A stretch of DNA of 64,000 bases from positions 2,631,685 to 2,695,684 of the forward strand of contig CAVWRM010000001.1 in the NCBI GenBank assembly GCA_963757525.1, given 5' to 3'. This DNA is from an uncultured Gemmatimonadales bacterium. GTDB lineage: Bacteria > Gemmatimonadota > Gemmatimonadetes > Gemmatimonadales > GWC2-71-9. Under the pieces are notes generated by a model that was not told the origin of the DNA, did no database searches, and saw only the letters and a program-made list of their open reading frames with translations. The stretch's first letter is position 1. Every line of letters begins with the position of its first letter. Shown one piece after another: positions 9,269-18,670 of the stretch. Both the position numbers and the translations under genes were made by a program.

Positions 9269-9961
9269 CTACTGGAACAGCACGAGGAACCGCTGTCCCG
9301 ATCCCGGCACCGTCGCGCCGCGGGTCCGGGACGCGCGGACGGTCACCATCGCGGTATCCGGCGCGGTGAGGCCCGCGACGCGCGACAGGGTGATGTCGTT
9401 CACCGTCCCGTCGGATGCCGTCGTCGAGGTATCCTCGCTTTGGCCGTTGGGGAACGCAACAGTGGGGAGAACGGTCGCGGGGTCGGGCGAGGTGAGCGTG
9501 TAGATGACGGGCCGCGACTCGACGGGGCCCGCCGGGTGCAGGCTCTCGAGCCTCACGGCCAGCGGCGCGGAGGCGACGGCATCGATGGCGACGGTGAACA
9601 CCGAGTCACCCGCGATGATGATGGTATCGGCGGGCGCGAGCACGGTGAAGGTGAAGACGCCCGAGGTGAGCGTGCCGACGCTCGCCTGGACCCTGCCGCT
9701 GCCCGGTGACACCCCGGTGAGCACCCCGGTGGACGCATCCACGTTGAGGGTCGTGTCTCCCACGCTCCAGACGATGGCCGCAGCGACGCTGTCGCCATCC
9801 TTGTTGAGCGCCCGCGCCGTGAGCTGAAGCGACTCGTTGACCTCGATCGTCGGTGGCGAAGGGACGGTGACCTCGAGCGCGACGACACCGCCACTCACCT
9901 CGTTGATGTTGCTGCATCCGGCGGCGACGAGCGCTGCCGCCGGCCAGATCCAGCGCGTCAC
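9269..9961 (-). CDS. Lipoprotein with bacterial Ig-like (Big_2-type) domains
   Basis: Lipobox LVAAG|C. LQLTARALNKDGDSV...WSVGDTTLNVDASTGVLTGVSPGSGRV is typical of Big_2. GTGA overlap with the upstream TPR gene. Confidence 0.7.
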   Translation of the reverse strand: MTRWIWPAAALVAAGCSNINEVSGGVVALEVTVPSPPTIEVNESLQLTARALNKDGDSVAAAIVWSVGDTTLNVDASTGVLTGVSPGSGRVQASVGTLTSGVFTFTVLAPADTIIIAGDSVFTVAIDAVASAPLAVRLESLHPAGPVESRPVIYTLTSPDPATVLPTVAFPNGQSEDTSTTASDGTVNDITLSRVAGLTAPDTAMVTVRASRTRGATVPGSGQRFLVLFQ

Positions 9962-10401
9962 GGCGTCCCCGAGGCCGGAGAGCCGGCGATCTCACGCAAC
10001 GCGCTCTCGGCATGCCGAATCCAGCGATCGGCGTCGGCCCCCTTGGGAGGGCGGGCGAGAAACGCGCGCAGGTGCTCGGCGGCCGCATCGGTATCGCCGC
10101 GCTTCAACAGGAGGAACGCGACGCCGTAATGCGCGCCGCCGAGCGAATCATCCAGCTCGAGCGCGCGCTTGTAGTGGCGGATGGCTTCTTCCGGCTGTCC
10201 CGTCTTGGTGAACGCGATCGCCATGTTGAGCAGAATGCGGGAATCGCTCGGATTGTCCCGGAAGGCCAGCCGGTAGGAGGTCAGCGCCGCCTCGTAGTCG
10301 CCCTGGCGCTCGAGGGCCAACCCCTCGTTCAGATAGTCCAGCCGCTGGGGGCGCAGGGTTTCCCGCGATGGGGTGCCGAACAGGCGTCGCCAGAAGCTCA
10401 T
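9958..10401 (-). CDS. TPR-repeat protein
   Basis: 147-aa C-terminal part of the 323-aa track ORF, from ATG 10401. TPR-like repeats (GDYEAALTSYRLAF, GQPEEAIRHYKRALELD, GDTDAAAEHLRAFL). Confidence 0.7.
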   Translation of the reverse strand: MSFWRRLFGTPSRETLRPQRLDYLNEGLALERQGDYEAALTSYRLAFRDNPSDSRILLNMAIAFTKTGQPEEAIRHYKRALELDDSLGGAHYGVAFLLLKRGDTDAAAEHLRAFLARPPKGADADRWIRHAESALREIAGSPASGTP

Positions 10402-10549
10402 GGGGTCGGGCGAAACTCCGAGGAAAGTCAAAGGGGCACAACATCTTGGACTCGGGCAAAGATAGTCCTCGCCGTCACCCGCCGCAACGCGATGTAGTTG
10501 CCGCCTTGCGCCGGCGGGCGTAGGTTGACAGCAACCTGATCGGAGGGTC

Positions 10550-11068
10550 GTGATGCGCCGAACCGCCCCTGCGGGACCCCGCGGAGTGCTCGAGGTAGAC
10601 TGGCCCTTCTTCGGGGAAATCTGCCGCGCGCTCGCCATGCACGTCGCCCGCGAATACGAGCCCGAGATCGTGCTCGGGATCGCCAAGGCCGGTGTGATCC
10701 CGGGTGTGGTCGTCGCCTCCATTCTGCAGAGCGAGTTCGCATCCATGGCGGTGACCCGCCGCGACCCCGACGCCCCGCCGGTGCTCGTCTCCGGTCCCCC
10801 CGCCTCGATCGTGGGCCGCAGGGTGCTGGTGGTGGACGAGACCTGCGAGTCCGGGAGCACCATGAAGCTCGCGCTGAACGAGGTCCGGGCGCAGCGTCCG
10901 GCCGAAGTCCGGAGCGCGGTGTCGTTCAAGACCGGCGACTATGTCCCGGATTTCTACGCCTTCGAGACCGAGAACTTCATCATCCTGCCCTGGGACCGGG
11001 AGATCATTCAGGATGGAGAAATCATCATTCGGCCGGATTACGAGAGTCGGCTATCGGCTAAAGGCTGA
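10550..11068 (+). CDS. Phosphoribosyltransferase (purine PRT-like)
   Basis: PRPP-binding motif RRVLVVDETCESGSTM. The stop codon lies inside a heptamer-repeat hairpin. Confidence 0.8.
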   Translation: MMRRTAPAGPRGVLEVDWPFFGEICRALAMHVAREYEPEIVLGIAKAGVIPGVVVASILQSEFASMAVTRRDPDAPPVLVSGPPASIVGRRVLVVDETCESGSTMKLALNEVRAQRPAEVRSAVSFKTGDYVPDFYAFETENFIILPWDREIIQDGEIIIRPDYESRLSAKG

Positions 11069-11127
11069 AGGCTGAGGGCTAAAGGCTGACGGCCTTCAGC
11101 TTTCAGCTTTGAGCCTTCAGCCGTTTT
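11056..11127 (+). repeat. Hairpin built from tandem heptamers (GGCTRAA)x5 / complementary x4, terminator-like
   Basis: Direct heptamers ggctaaa ggctgaa ggctgag ggctaaa ggctgac (11056-11090) are followed by cttcagc tttcagc tttgagc cttcagc (11094-11121). This gives an imperfect stem of about 30 bp, then TTTT at 11124-11127. Confidence 0.8.
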
Positions 11128-11188
11128 CCTTCCAACCTTTTTCGCCTCCAGCCCATCCAAGGAGCGTCCACTCCCTCGGAGCTCCCCA

Positions 11189-12265
11189 ATGCGGCATCTG
11201 TCGTTCCTGGTCTTTGCCTTCCTCCCCGCCGGCACCATCGCGGCCCAACAGCCCGAGCGATACGTCCTCGACGGCGACGATGTCGCCATCTACAACCTTG
11301 CCGGCCTGCTCCAGGTGGAGCCGGGCCAGGGCCGGGTGGAAGTCGGGGTCGCCCGTGGCGGGGCCGACGCGGCGCGCCTCAAGGTGGCCCAGGGTGAGAT
11401 CGAAAACCGGCAGGCATTCCGCCTGATCTACCCGGCCGACAAGATCCGCTACGCTCTCGGCAAGGGCGAGGGACGGACCGACTTGAAGGTTCGCGAGGAC
11501 GGCACGTTCGGCGACTCGGACTGGGACCACGACGGCCACCATCATGGCGAACGCTCGCACGGCGGGCACCGGGTGATCATCGCGACCGATAGCGATGGGC
11601 TCGACGCGCACGCCGATCTCAAGGTCAGAGTGCCGTCCAACGCCCGAGTCTCCTTCTATCTGGCCGTCGGTCGGGTGACCGTGACCAACGCGGGCGGCGA
11701 GATGCGGATCGACGCCCACAACGCGCCGGTGAGCGTGTCGGGGTTCAAGGGGTCGCTGGCGATCGACGTCGGCTCGGGGTCGGTACACGCGACCCAGGTG
11801 GACGGAGAGCTCAACGTCGATACGGGGTCGGGGTCGGTGGAGGTGACCCAGGTCCGCGGGCGCCGCCTCACCATCGACACCGGCTCCGGTGACGTGACGG
11901 GGTCGGATCTCCAGGGCGACGACGTCTCGGTGGATACCGGCTCAGGCAGCATCGCGCTGAGCGCGATGCGATACCCACGGGCGTCGCTCGAGACCGGCAG
12001 CGGCAACGTACGGGCCGATCTCCGGGGCGACGTGGGATCGCTCTCGGTGGAAACCGGATCGGGCGACGTCAGCATCAAGGCGCCGGCTACCCTGGGCGCC
12101 GAGGTGGAGATCGAGACGGCGAGCGGCGACATCGAGACGGATTTCCCGGTGCAGATCACGCGCCACGCGCGCGATCACATGTCCGGGAAGATCGGGGACG
12201 GGAAGGGGTCGATCGCGATCGAGACGGGGTCGGGCGGGGTGAAGCTGCTCAAGAATCCGAACTGA
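11189..12265 (+). CDS. DUF4097-type secreted protein (putative adhesin beta-helix repeats)
   Basis: Signal peptide. Repeated (D/E)TGSG(D/S/N)V units, about 9 copies. Confidence 0.8.
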   Translation: MRHLSFLVFAFLPAGTIAAQQPERYVLDGDDVAIYNLAGLLQVEPGQGRVEVGVARGGADAARLKVAQGEIENRQAFRLIYPADKIRYALGKGEGRTDLKVREDGTFGDSDWDHDGHHHGERSHGGHRVIIATDSDGLDAHADLKVRVPSNARVSFYLAVGRVTVTNAGGEMRIDAHNAPVSVSGFKGSLAIDVGSGSVHATQVDGELNVDTGSGSVEVTQVRGRRLTIDTGSGDVTGSDLQGDDVSVDTGSGSIALSAMRYPRASLETGSGNVRADLRGDVGSLSVETGSGDVSIKAPATLGAEVEIETASGDIETDFPVQITRHARDHMSGKIGDGKGSIAIETGSGGVKLLKNPN

Positions 12266-12818
12266 GGCCCAGCGCATCGGCGTAGGCGGAGCCCTGCGCC
12301 ATGCGGTCGTACAGGGTGGAGAGGGTGTCCGGCGCGCCCGCGAGGAACCGGCAGCGTGCGTCGCCGCGGCTGCGGCACTCGACCTCCATCACGGCCACCA
12401 CCTGGCCCGACAGCCTGCCGAAGAAGTCGGCCAGGAGGCCGCAGGTGAGATGGCACGACGGGAACTCGCCCCGGCTCTCTTCGGTTGCTTCCGCCCATTC
12501 CGATGAATCGAGCGCCATCACCGAGTTGCCGAAGGGCGACGCGGTCAGGGCGCCCCATCCTTGTTCGGCGAAAAACTGGGACAGGGCCTCGCTGAGGAAC
12601 TCCACGTCGAGATCCGGCGGCTGCTCGACGCCACGCGTGGCGAGAAGCCAGTCGGTGAACTCGGCGTACAACTCCTCGCCGCCGGCGAACCCGGCCTCCT
12701 GCAGATAGGAGGCCGCCTGCAGCCCCGCGTCCCGCTCGAGGGACATTCGCAGCTGCTGCAGTACCCGGCGGCCGATACGGAGTCCGGGATGATGGGACCT
12801 GGACGGCTGATCGCTCAT
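12249..12818 (-). CDS. V4R (4-vinyl reductase-type) domain protein
   Basis: C-terminal CHLTCGLLADFFGRL...VECRSRGDARCRF pattern typical of V4R small-molecule-binding domains. Confidence 0.65.
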   Translation of the reverse strand: MSDQPSRSHHPGLRIGRRVLQQLRMSLERDAGLQAASYLQEAGFAGGEELYAEFTDWLLATRGVEQPPDLDVEFLSEALSQFFAEQGWGALTASPFGNSVMALDSSEWAEATEESRGEFPSCHLTCGLLADFFGRLSGQVVAVMEVECRSRGDARCRFLAGAPDTLSTLYDRMAQGSAYADALGLSSDS

Positions 12819-12845
12819 GGACGTCGAAGTTGGGGACGCTGCATC

Positions 12846-14879
12846 TTAGGCCGTGCGCCCGACGCGACGCAAGAGCTCCGATTCATCGATCACCTCGACA
12901 CCGAGGGTCTTGGCCTTCTCGAGCTTGCCGCCCGCCTCCTCGCCGGCCACCACCGCGGCCGTCTTCTTGCTCACGGTGCCGGCCACCCGGCCACCCGCGG
13001 CCTCGATGAAGTGTGTCGCGTCGGTGCGTGACAAGGTCGGGAGCGTGCCCGTCAGCACGTAGGTCTTGCCGGCCAGCGGGCCATCGGCTGCGCCGGCCCT
13101 CGGCTCCACGAAATTGACGCCCGCCGCCTTGAGCCGCGCGATCAGGTCCTGGTTTTTCGGCTCGCTGAAGAACGCCCTCACCGCCTCGGCGATCGCCTGC
13201 CCGATGCCCGGCACATCGTTGATCGTGGCTTCGTCGGCCTCCGCCAGCGCCTCCATGGTGCCGAAGCGGCGGGTCAGGAGGACGGCCACCGACTGGCCCA
13301 CATGGCGGATTCCAAGCCCGAAGAGCAGCAGGGAGAGGGGCTGGGCCTTCGAGGCGGCGATGGCCGCGACGAGCTGGCCGGCGGACTGCTCCGCGAACCG
13401 GTCGAGCTCGACGAGCTGGTCGACGGTGATCGCGTAGAGGTCGGCGACGTCGTGGATCAGTCCCGAATCGAGGAGCTGCCGCACGCGCTCGTAGCCGAGT
13501 CCGCGGATGTCCATGGCGCCGCGCGAGGCGAAATGAACGATGCCTTCCAGAATCCTTCCCGGGCAGCTGGCGTTGGGACAATAGCGCATCGCCTCGCCGG
13601 CCGGACGTTCCACCGGCGTATCGCAGCTGGGGCACGCATCGGGCATCTCGAACTTCTGCTGTTTCGCTCTTCCATCCTCATCCAGCTCGCGCCGGTCGGG
13701 GAGGGAGCGCACCACCTGTGGGATGACCTCTCCGGCCCGGATCACCTCGACCCAGTCGCCTACCCGGATGTCTTTCTGGGCGATCAGCTCCTCATTGTGC
13801 AGCGTCGCATTGCTGACCGTGACGCCACTGATCTCGACCGGCTCGAGCGTGGCGTAGGGGTTCAGCGCGCCGGTACGGCCGACGTTGATGAGGATATCGC
13901 GCACCCGGGTCACCGCCACCTCGGGCGCGAACTTCCGGGCGATGGCCCAGCGGGGCTCCCGTCCCCCCACGACTCCGAGCTCGCCGTGCAGGGAAAGCCG
14001 GTCCACCTTGATCACGACCCCGTCGGCCTGGAAGGCGAGCTTCGGAATCAGCGCCTCGAATGTGTCGATCCGCGCCTGGACGCCGGCGAGGCTCGAGAAT
14101 CGCTGCCGGCTCGGCTCGACCGGAAAGCCCCAGGCTTCGAGAAGGTCCAGCTCCTCCCAGTGGGTGCGCGTCTTGAGCTGTCCTTCGATCGCCTCGACTG
14201 CGAAGGTGAACAGCCGGAGCCGGCGCCGCCGGGTGAGGGCGGGGTCGAGCTGGCGCAGGCCGCCGGCGGCGGCGTTCCGGGGATTGGCCAGGGCGGACTC
14301 GCCTTCCCGCTCCCGCTCCTCGTTGACTCGCTGGAACGATGCGTACGGCATGTAGACCTCGCCGCGCACCTCCATCAGGCGCGGCCAGCCTTTGCCCTTG
14401 AGCGTGAGCGGAACGTCGGCGATGGTCCGGATGTTGGGGGTGATGTTCTCGCCGATGACGCCGTTGCCCCGGGTGGCCCCCACGGTCAATCGGCCGTCCT
14501 CATAGGTGAGGCTCACGGCGGCGCCGTCGATCTTGATCTCGGCGGTGTAGCCCGCCTCGCGGACTTCGGGCAGCAGACGCGCGTTCCGGTCCTCCCACTC
14601 GGCCAGCTCCTCGGCGGAAAAGGCGTTGGCGAGCGAGAGCATCGGACGGCGGTGGGGGTGCTTGGGGAGCGAGCCGGTGACGGGGGCGCCCACCCGCTGG
14701 GTGGGACTGTCGGGAGCGCGCAGGTCGGGGTGCTCCTGCTCCAGTGCCTGCAACTCGCGGAAATACCGATCATACTCGGCGTCCGTGATTTCCGGCGCGT
14801 CGAGGATGTAGTAGGCGTGGTTCGCTCGCTCGATCTGCTGCCGTAGCAAGGCCGCGCGCTCGGCGGCCGCTTGATTCAC
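12846..14879 (-). CDS. ligA: NAD-dependent DNA ligase
   Basis: KIDGAAVSL adenylation motif, zinc finger CPSCDTPVERPAGEAMRYCPNASCP, HhH region and C-terminal BRCT. The track ORF (to 15230) is trimmed to GTG 14879, which forms a GTGA overlap with the upstream gene. Confidence 0.95.
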   Translation of the reverse strand: MNQAAAERAALLRQQIERANHAYYILDAPEITDAEYDRYFRELQALEQEHPDLRAPDSPTQRVGAPVTGSLPKHPHRRPMLSLANAFSAEELAEWEDRNARLLPEVREAGYTAEIKIDGAAVSLTYEDGRLTVGATRGNGVIGENITPNIRTIADVPLTLKGKGWPRLMEVRGEVYMPYASFQRVNEEREREGESALANPRNAAAGGLRQLDPALTRRRRLRLFTFAVEAIEGQLKTRTHWEELDLLEAWGFPVEPSRQRFSSLAGVQARIDTFEALIPKLAFQADGVVIKVDRLSLHGELGVVGGREPRWAIARKFAPEVAVTRVRDILINVGRTGALNPYATLEPVEISGVTVSNATLHNEELIAQKDIRVGDWVEVIRAGEVIPQVVRSLPDRRELDEDGRAKQQKFEMPDACPSCDTPVERPAGEAMRYCPNASCPGRILEGIVHFASRGAMDIRGLGYERVRQLLDSGLIHDVADLYAITVDQLVELDRFAEQSAGQLVAAIAASKAQPLSLLLFGLGIRHVGQSVAVLLTRRFGTMEALAEADEATINDVPGIGQAIAEAVRAFFSEPKNQDLIARLKAAGVNFVEPRAGAADGPLAGKTYVLTGTLPTLSRTDATHFIEAAGGRVAGTVSKKTAAVVAGEEAGGKLEKAKTLGVEVIDESELLRRVGRTA

Positions 14880-15655
14880 CGCGAAGCCGACTCCTGGCTG
14901 AGTACCGCCTGCGCTACCCCGACGAGACGTTCGATCTCCGGAGAGTCGGCAGGGTCGAGCGGCGGATCGCCCTCGAGGGTCGCAATAGCCGGCGTGCTCG
15001 CGAGGAGCCGCCGCAGGAACCCGAGCAGGGCCGCCTGTTCTCCCTCGCGGCGGCGCAGCGCCTCGTCCTCGCCCCGACGCTGGCGCATCCGGTCGAACCG
15101 ATGCGCGTTCCGGAGCGCCTTGGCCGTCAGGTTGGCCACCACCTGACAGAACTCGAGGTCGGCCGCCGAGAAGCTCGGCCCGTCTCTGAACGTCCGGAGG
15201 AAGATCGCCCCGATTGCGGTTCCCCGCCAAGAGATCGGAATGACGGTAATGGTCTTGACCTTGCGGGCCGCCAGCGCCCAGCGGGCGGGCCCCAGGGAGG
15301 GATCGGTCGCGGCGTCGGCGATGAAGACGGTCTGGCCGGTCTGGAGTGCCAGCTTGAGCTCGGGGTAGCGGTCGAGGTCCACGGCGTAGTTCCGGATGCC
15401 CGGGTCCTCGTAGCTCGCCACCAGGCGGACACTCGACCCACCCCGCTCGGCCAGGAAGATCGAGCAGCGGTCGAGGCCGAAGGTCTCGCCCAGGCGCAGG
15501 GTAACGGATCGGACGATGTCGGCAAAGTGCAGCGATCCGCCGATATCCTGCAGGATCTCGATGACGGCCAGGAGGTGCTTCCGCTCCTGCTCCAGCGACG
15601 TTACGCGCGTCTGTAGCCGCTCGAGCTCGTCCACAGCCAGTGCCCCACTCGTCAT
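14876..15655 (-). CDS. GAF domain protein
   Basis: N-terminal coiled coil, then a GAF-like core (LHFADIVRSVTLRLGETFGLDRCSIFLAE...TITVIPISWRGTAIGAIFLR). Translationally coupled to ligA. Confidence 0.75.
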   Translation of the reverse strand: MTSGALAVDELERLQTRVTSLEQERKHLLAVIEILQDIGGSLHFADIVRSVTLRLGETFGLDRCSIFLAERGGSSVRLVASYEDPGIRNYAVDLDRYPELKLALQTGQTVFIADAATDPSLGPARWALAARKVKTITVIPISWRGTAIGAIFLRTFRDGPSFSAADLEFCQVVANLTAKALRNAHRFDRMRQRRGEDEALRRREGEQAALLGFLRRLLASTPAIATLEGDPPLDPADSPEIERLVGVAQAVLSQESASR

Positions 15656-15862
15656 GGATCGCGCCCCGGTCAGGAGTTGACCCGTAAGCGCCGCACGCGC
15701 TTCCGGGCTTTCACAGTATAGGGTGCCGGGTCACGGGGGAAAACCGTGAAGGAGACTGCACCCGGAACCGTCAAAAGTCCATGCTGTCGCAATGGTTGAC
15801 GACTCATCCCCGATCTGTAGGTTGCAGGCAGGAGAGATGCCACCCGCACGGAGGATGACACG

Positions 15863-16177
15863 ATGGCGGCTGAGAAGGATCGTTCCGAGGGCGAGACGGG
15901 GTCGGATGACCGCAGCGGCAGCGGCCTCGCCGGCTTCGCCATGGGGGTGGTATTCGGGGCGCTGCTGGGTGCCGCATTCGCCCTGCTATACGCCCCTGAC
16001 CGGGGCGACCGGACCCGCCGCGAGCTGAAGCGCCGGATCAACCGCCTTCGGGAGGACGCTGAAGAGGGCCTGGACCGGGCCGGCGAGCGGGCCCGGCGGG
16101 AGCTGAAACGCCGGCGCCGCCGGCTCGAGGAAGGACTCGACCGCGCGGGCGACAAGGCCCGCGACATGCTCGATTAG
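15863..16177 (+). CDS. YtxH domain protein
   Basis: GLAGFAMGVVFGALLGAAFALLYAPDRGDRTRREL followed by a charged helical repeat region. Confidence 0.8.
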   Translation: MAAEKDRSEGETGSDDRSGSGLAGFAMGVVFGALLGAAFALLYAPDRGDRTRRELKRRINRLREDAEEGLDRAGERARRELKRRRRRLEEGLDRAGDKARDMLD

Positions 16178-16182
16178 GCCGG

Positions 16183-16968
16183 TTATTTTCGGTCGGCGAG
16201 CGTCTTCGCGAGCGCTTCGGCCTGGTTCCGGTACTCCGGATCCATGAGCTCGCGGTCGGGAAGCGCAGCGATGCGGTCGAGCTGGCTTCTCGCGTCCGCG
16301 TAGCGCTTTCGGTCCGCATAGATCTCCGCCAGCTCGAGCCGGTGATAGACTCGCCCGGGGTCGAGCGCCACCGCCTTCTCCATGTAGGAGATCGCCGCTT
16401 CCCACGACGCCTTGCCGAAGACCCCCGCGCCCAGAAAGCTCTTGGCGAAGAACCGACTGAGTCCGGACAGGCGCATGATCTCGGCATTCCACCGGCCCAT
16501 GATGTGATACGCCCCGTCGTAGGTCGAATCGATCTCGATCGCCTTGAGGGCCTCCTGTCTGATCACCGCCGCGCGACGGATCCGTTCCTTCTTGCCCATC
16601 GTGAGCGAGGCCCGACCTATCGCGGCGGCGAGCGCGAAGTGACCCTCGACTCGGGACGAGTCCCCCGCTACGGCGCGACGCGCCAGCGACTCGGCGCGGG
16701 CGTAGAGCGAGTCCCGGTGCGGGTCGCGCCCCGTGCCGGGAATCGCCTCACCTTGGTCCATCAGGGCAACCGCGGTGCGCCAGTTGGCCTCGTAGTCGGT
16801 GGAGTCGAGCGCCAGGGCGGCCTCGAAGTGGGCCAGCCCGGTCTTGAGGTCGCGGGCCTGGACCGCCGCGACACCCATGCTCACGTGGTCGCGGACGTCC
16901 TGGGCCACGACGCGAGACGCGGCTGCCGAGAGCACGCCGACGACGAAGGTGAGGGACCACTTGAGCAC
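16183..16968 (-). CDS. Secreted TPR-like protein
   Basis: Only the C-terminal ~262 aa of the 700-aa track ORF look coding; the rest is antisense to deoA. GTG 16968 gives VLKWSLTFVVGVLSAAASRVVAQ (signal peptide), followed by TPR-like helices. Confidence 0.6.
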   Translation of the reverse strand: MLKWSLTFVVGVLSAAASRVVAQDVRDHVSMGVAAVQARDLKTGLAHFEAALALDSTDYEANWRTAVALMDQGEAIPGTGRDPHRDSLYARAESLARRAVAGDSSRVEGHFALAAAIGRASLTMGKKERIRRAAVIRQEALKAIEIDSTYDGAYHIMGRWNAEIMRLSGLSRFFAKSFLGAGVFGKASWEAAISYMEKAVALDPGRVYHRLELAEIYADRKRYADARSQLDRIAALPDRELMDPEYRNQAEALAKTLADRK

Positions 16969-16995
16969 GAGTAAGTCCGCGACCGAGGTTGCCGA

Positions 16996-18330
16996 ATGGT
17001 GATTCCGCCGCTCATCGAGCACAAGCGGGACGGGCACGCGCTCGAGCCCCAGCAGTGGGCGTCCCTCATCGCGGAGTACACGGCGAACAGGATTCCCGAC
17101 TACCAGATGTCCGCGCTCCTGATGGCGATCGTCTGGCGCGGCCTCACCCCCATCGAGCTCGCGGCGCTCACCGATGCGATGCTCCAGTCCGGTGACCGTC
17201 TCCGGTTCGACGGGTATCCGCTTCCCCGGGTGGACAAGCACTCCACCGGCGGCGTGGGCGACAAGGTCTCGATCCTGCTCGCGCCCATGGTCGCCTGCTG
17301 CGGCGTGGCCGTGCCGATGATGTCGGGACGGGGGCTGGGCCACACCGGCGGCACGCTCGACAAGCTGGAGTCGATTCCCGGCTTCCGCACCGGTCTCTCG
17401 CTCGACGAGGCCCGGGCACAGGTCGAGCGTCTCGGCTGCGTCATGCTGGGGCAGACGCCGGAGATCGCCCCCGCCGACAAGCGTCTCTACGCGTTGCGCG
17501 ACGTCACCGCCACCGTCGAGTCGATCCCGCTCATCTCCGCGAGCATCATGTCGAAGAAGCTCGCTGAGGGTCTCAATGGTCTTGTGCTGGACGTGAAGAC
17601 GGGAAGCGGCGCGTTCCTGCCGGAGCCCGCCAAGGCGATCGAGCTGGCGCGGACGATGATCGGCCTCGGGGAGGCGCGCGGCTGTCCCACCGTTGCCCTG
17701 CTCACGGCGATGGACCGCCCGCTCGGCCGTGCCTGCGGCAACGCGCTGGAGATGGAGGAGTCGATCGAGGGACTCCGCGGCAGCGGCCCCGAGGACCTGA
17801 TGGAGGTCACCTACGCACTTGGCGCCGAGATGCTCGTGCTCGTCGGAGCCGCGTCCGATCTCACCGCCGCGCGGCGTAAGCTGGAGGCGGCGGTCAGCTC
17901 GGGGCAGGCCCTCCAGCGCTTCGGGCGGATGGTCGAGGCGCAGGGCGGCAATCCGGCCGTGGTGGACGATCCGGGTCTGCTCCCGCAGGCGCAGGCGGTG
18001 GAGGTCTATCGCGCGCCCTCGGCCGGCGTGATCAGCGCCGTGGAGCCCCGGCGGATCGGGCGAGCCATCACCGATCTCGGCGGCGGCCGCCGGACGGTCG
18101 AGGACACCGTGGATCCCTCGGTCGGCTTCGTCATCACCGTCAAGCCCGGCGATCGGGTCAAGGCCAACGAGCCCATCGCGTCCATCTTCGCCAAGGATGC
18201 GGAGGGCATCGCCGCCGGTCAGGCGGCGCTGCGCGAGGCGATCGTGATCGGCGAGTCGGGCACGCTCACGCCGCTCATCTCGCATCGTGTCAGCAGCCGC
18301 GGGGTCGAAGAGCTGGTGGGGCGTTCCTGA
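16996..18330 (+). CDS. deoA: Thymidine (pyrimidine-nucleoside) phosphorylase
   Basis: KHSTGGVGDK, SGRGLGHTGGTLDK and TVESIPLI.ASIMSKK motifs. Confidence 0.9.
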   Translation: MVIPPLIEHKRDGHALEPQQWASLIAEYTANRIPDYQMSALLMAIVWRGLTPIELAALTDAMLQSGDRLRFDGYPLPRVDKHSTGGVGDKVSILLAPMVACCGVAVPMMSGRGLGHTGGTLDKLESIPGFRTGLSLDEARAQVERLGCVMLGQTPEIAPADKRLYALRDVTATVESIPLISASIMSKKLAEGLNGLVLDVKTGSGAFLPEPAKAIELARTMIGLGEARGCPTVALLTAMDRPLGRACGNALEMEESIEGLRGSGPEDLMEVTYALGAEMLVLVGAASDLTAARRKLEAAVSSGQALQRFGRMVEAQGGNPAVVDDPGLLPQAQAVEVYRAPSAGVISAVEPRRIGRAITDLGGGRRTVEDTVDPSVGFVITVKPGDRVKANEPIASIFAKDAEGIAAGQAALREAIVIGESGTLTPLISHRVSSRGVEELVGRS

Positions 18331-18590
18331 TGCCGTACGTCAGCGGACCGGTAGGCGTGCTGCTGGTGGCGGGCGCCGTGGCCACGACGTTCGTCGTCTG
18401 GCTGCTGCGAAACCGACGGTATCCGGGCCCGCGACTCCACGGGGGGACCCCGGGAATCGACCGTGATGAGCTGGAGGCGGCGGAGCGAGAGGTCAAGGAT
18501 CTGGACATCGACCAGCGGCCGGAGGACGATGTGCTGGGGGACGACTGGGGACCCGGCGCGGCGAGGCCGAGACCGCCGGTGAGATTGTAG
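18330..18590 (+). CDS. Small membrane protein, hypothetical
   Basis: 86 aa. One TM helix (VGVLLVAGAVATTFVVWLL) plus an acidic tail. TGATG overlap with the deoA stop. Acceptable codon bias. Confidence 0.5.
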   Translation: MPYVSGPVGVLLVAGAVATTFVVWLLRNRRYPGPRLHGGTPGIDRDELEAAEREVKDLDIDQRPEDDVLGDDWGPGAARPRPPVRL

Positions 18591-18670
18591 GACGCAGGGG
18601 CGCAGGGACGCAGAGTTGCTCGGCGGGGCTGGATGGGGGGCCGAATTCCGAGCCCCAAGAGCCTCAGTGA

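Noticed and set aside
16969-18285. N-terminal ~440 aa of the 700-aa minus-strand ORF 16183..18285. Analogous N-terminal extensions occur on 12846..15230, 26315..27907, 57300..60338, 9958..10929 and 21003..22121.
   Set aside because: The extensions run antisense through, or overlap, neighbouring real genes (deoA, the GAF gene, the crotonase gene and others). They lose protein-like composition. Internal starts give proteins of normal family length, often with ATGA/GTGA coupling or a Shine-Dalgarno sequence.
18590-18613. Octamer repeat (ggacgcag gggcgcag ggacgcag) immediately after the stop of the small ORF 18330..18590.
   Set aside because: There are only three units and I could not find a complementary partner array. 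I noted it as context for the start-less frame rather than as a separate element.
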